From: Candidatus Krumholzibacteriia bacterium
GTDB taxonomy: Bacteria; Krumholzibacteriota; Krumholzibacteriia; JAJRXK01
DNA length: 64,000 nucleotides
Direction of reading: 5' to 3'
NCBI GenBank assembly: GCA_041484665.1
Contig: JBGPIA010000019.1
Span: 1-64,000, forward strand
In this document: positions 63,344 to 64,000 of the stretch, piece by piece
Numbering within the stretch: position 1 is the stretch's first letter
Layout: the number at the start of each line of letters is the position of its first letter
Notes under the pieces: model-generated
What the model was told of the DNA's origin: nothing
Seen by the model: the letters and a program-made list of their open reading frames with translations, nothing else
The model's database searches: none
Program-made: the position numbers and the translations under genes

Positions 63344-63928
63344 ATGACCTTCGACGGGGAGGACGCGGAGGCCGCGTGGTACTGGCTCGTACGTGGTGAG
63401 CGACGACAGACCATTCTGGAGGCGCTGCGTCAGCCGCTGACCGGCACGCAGCTCACCAAGAAGACGGGGATGAACGGCCGAGGCGTCGAAGCAGGACTGG
63501 CGGAACTGCGAGTCTACAACCTCGTCACCTGCCTGAACCCCAATGCGTGCCGCAGCCGCGTGTACGGCCTCACAGACCTGGGGGTGGCGTTTCAGGAACG
63601 CCTGGCTGCCCTGACGGGTCGGACGTGGATGCCCCCGATTCTCGCCGGAGGCCTTGACTGGGGGTTGTATGGGTGGTGCTGCTACCGCCACCGTAGCGCA
63701 ATGCTGCTGGCATTCGACGAGCCAGGACAACCAGCCGCGATCAGGCGTGTGGCGCACAGCCGTGATCCGAACCTGCGGATGAGCTCCAACAACGCACGCG
63801 ACGTCGTACGACTCCTACGCCAGCAAGGACTCGTCGTACCCCTCGTCGAACGGAAACGACGGTACCCACGCTACGCACTCACCCCCACCGGCGCGGTCAT
63901 GCAGCACCTCCTGCAAGGCGCCACGTGA
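63344..63928 (+). CDS. Tandem winged-helix DNA-binding protein
   Basis: Two units, ending LVTCLNP..RVYGLTDLG and GLV..RYALTPTG. Confidence 0.75.
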   Translation: MTFDGEDAEAAWYWLVRGERRQTILEALRQPLTGTQLTKKTGMNGRGVEAGLAELRVYNLVTCLNPNACRSRVYGLTDLGVAFQERLAALTGRTWMPPILAGGLDWGLYGWCCYRHRSAMLLAFDEPGQPAAIRRVAHSRDPNLRMSSNNARDVVRLLRQQGLVVPLVERKRRYPRYALTPTGAVMQHLLQGAT

Positions 63929-64000
63929 ACAACCACGAAGAGGACGGGCCGGCGTGGGGGGCGACTCCAGCCGAAGACGAGATCACGAAGAAGTCTGACG

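Noticed and set aside
1..64000. CRISPR array, tRNA, rRNA or integron attC array
   Set aside because: I found no regularly spaced repeats or recognisable RNA-gene signatures by eye. A covariance-model search could still find small RNAs.

Overview
GC-rich accessory region with no rRNA, tRNA, CRISPR array or housekeeping gene that I can see. FlgD-type Ig C-termini, ArnT-like and SGNH genes suggest a bacterial host (inference). Two diverged copies of a module of tyrosine integrase plus hypothetical gene (3.5-5.9 kb and 29.8-32.2 kb) bracket a dense defence island. The island holds a membrane alpha/beta-hydrolase, Gabija, a Cap4-like nuclease-STAND-SEC-C protein, a DUF4365-like nuclease and, as the best candidate for an undescribed system, nurA-herA facing a coupled dcm / UvrD-FeS-nuclease / vsr operon. 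HEPN and PD-(D/E)XK genes lie to its left. The right half carries secreted and surface cargo (a copper-radical-oxidase homologue with a Tyr-to-His ligand change, glycosyltransferase, SGNH, lipase, C1 protease) and mobile-element genes (ArdC, PcfJ, a SymE-RadC fusion, tandem wHTH). A complete IS1380 element, a related 213-bp MITE with the same target, and IS21 and IS66 remnants are present. Several intergenic motifs resemble archaeal BRE-TATA promoters. All family calls come from reading motifs by eye; no searches were run.
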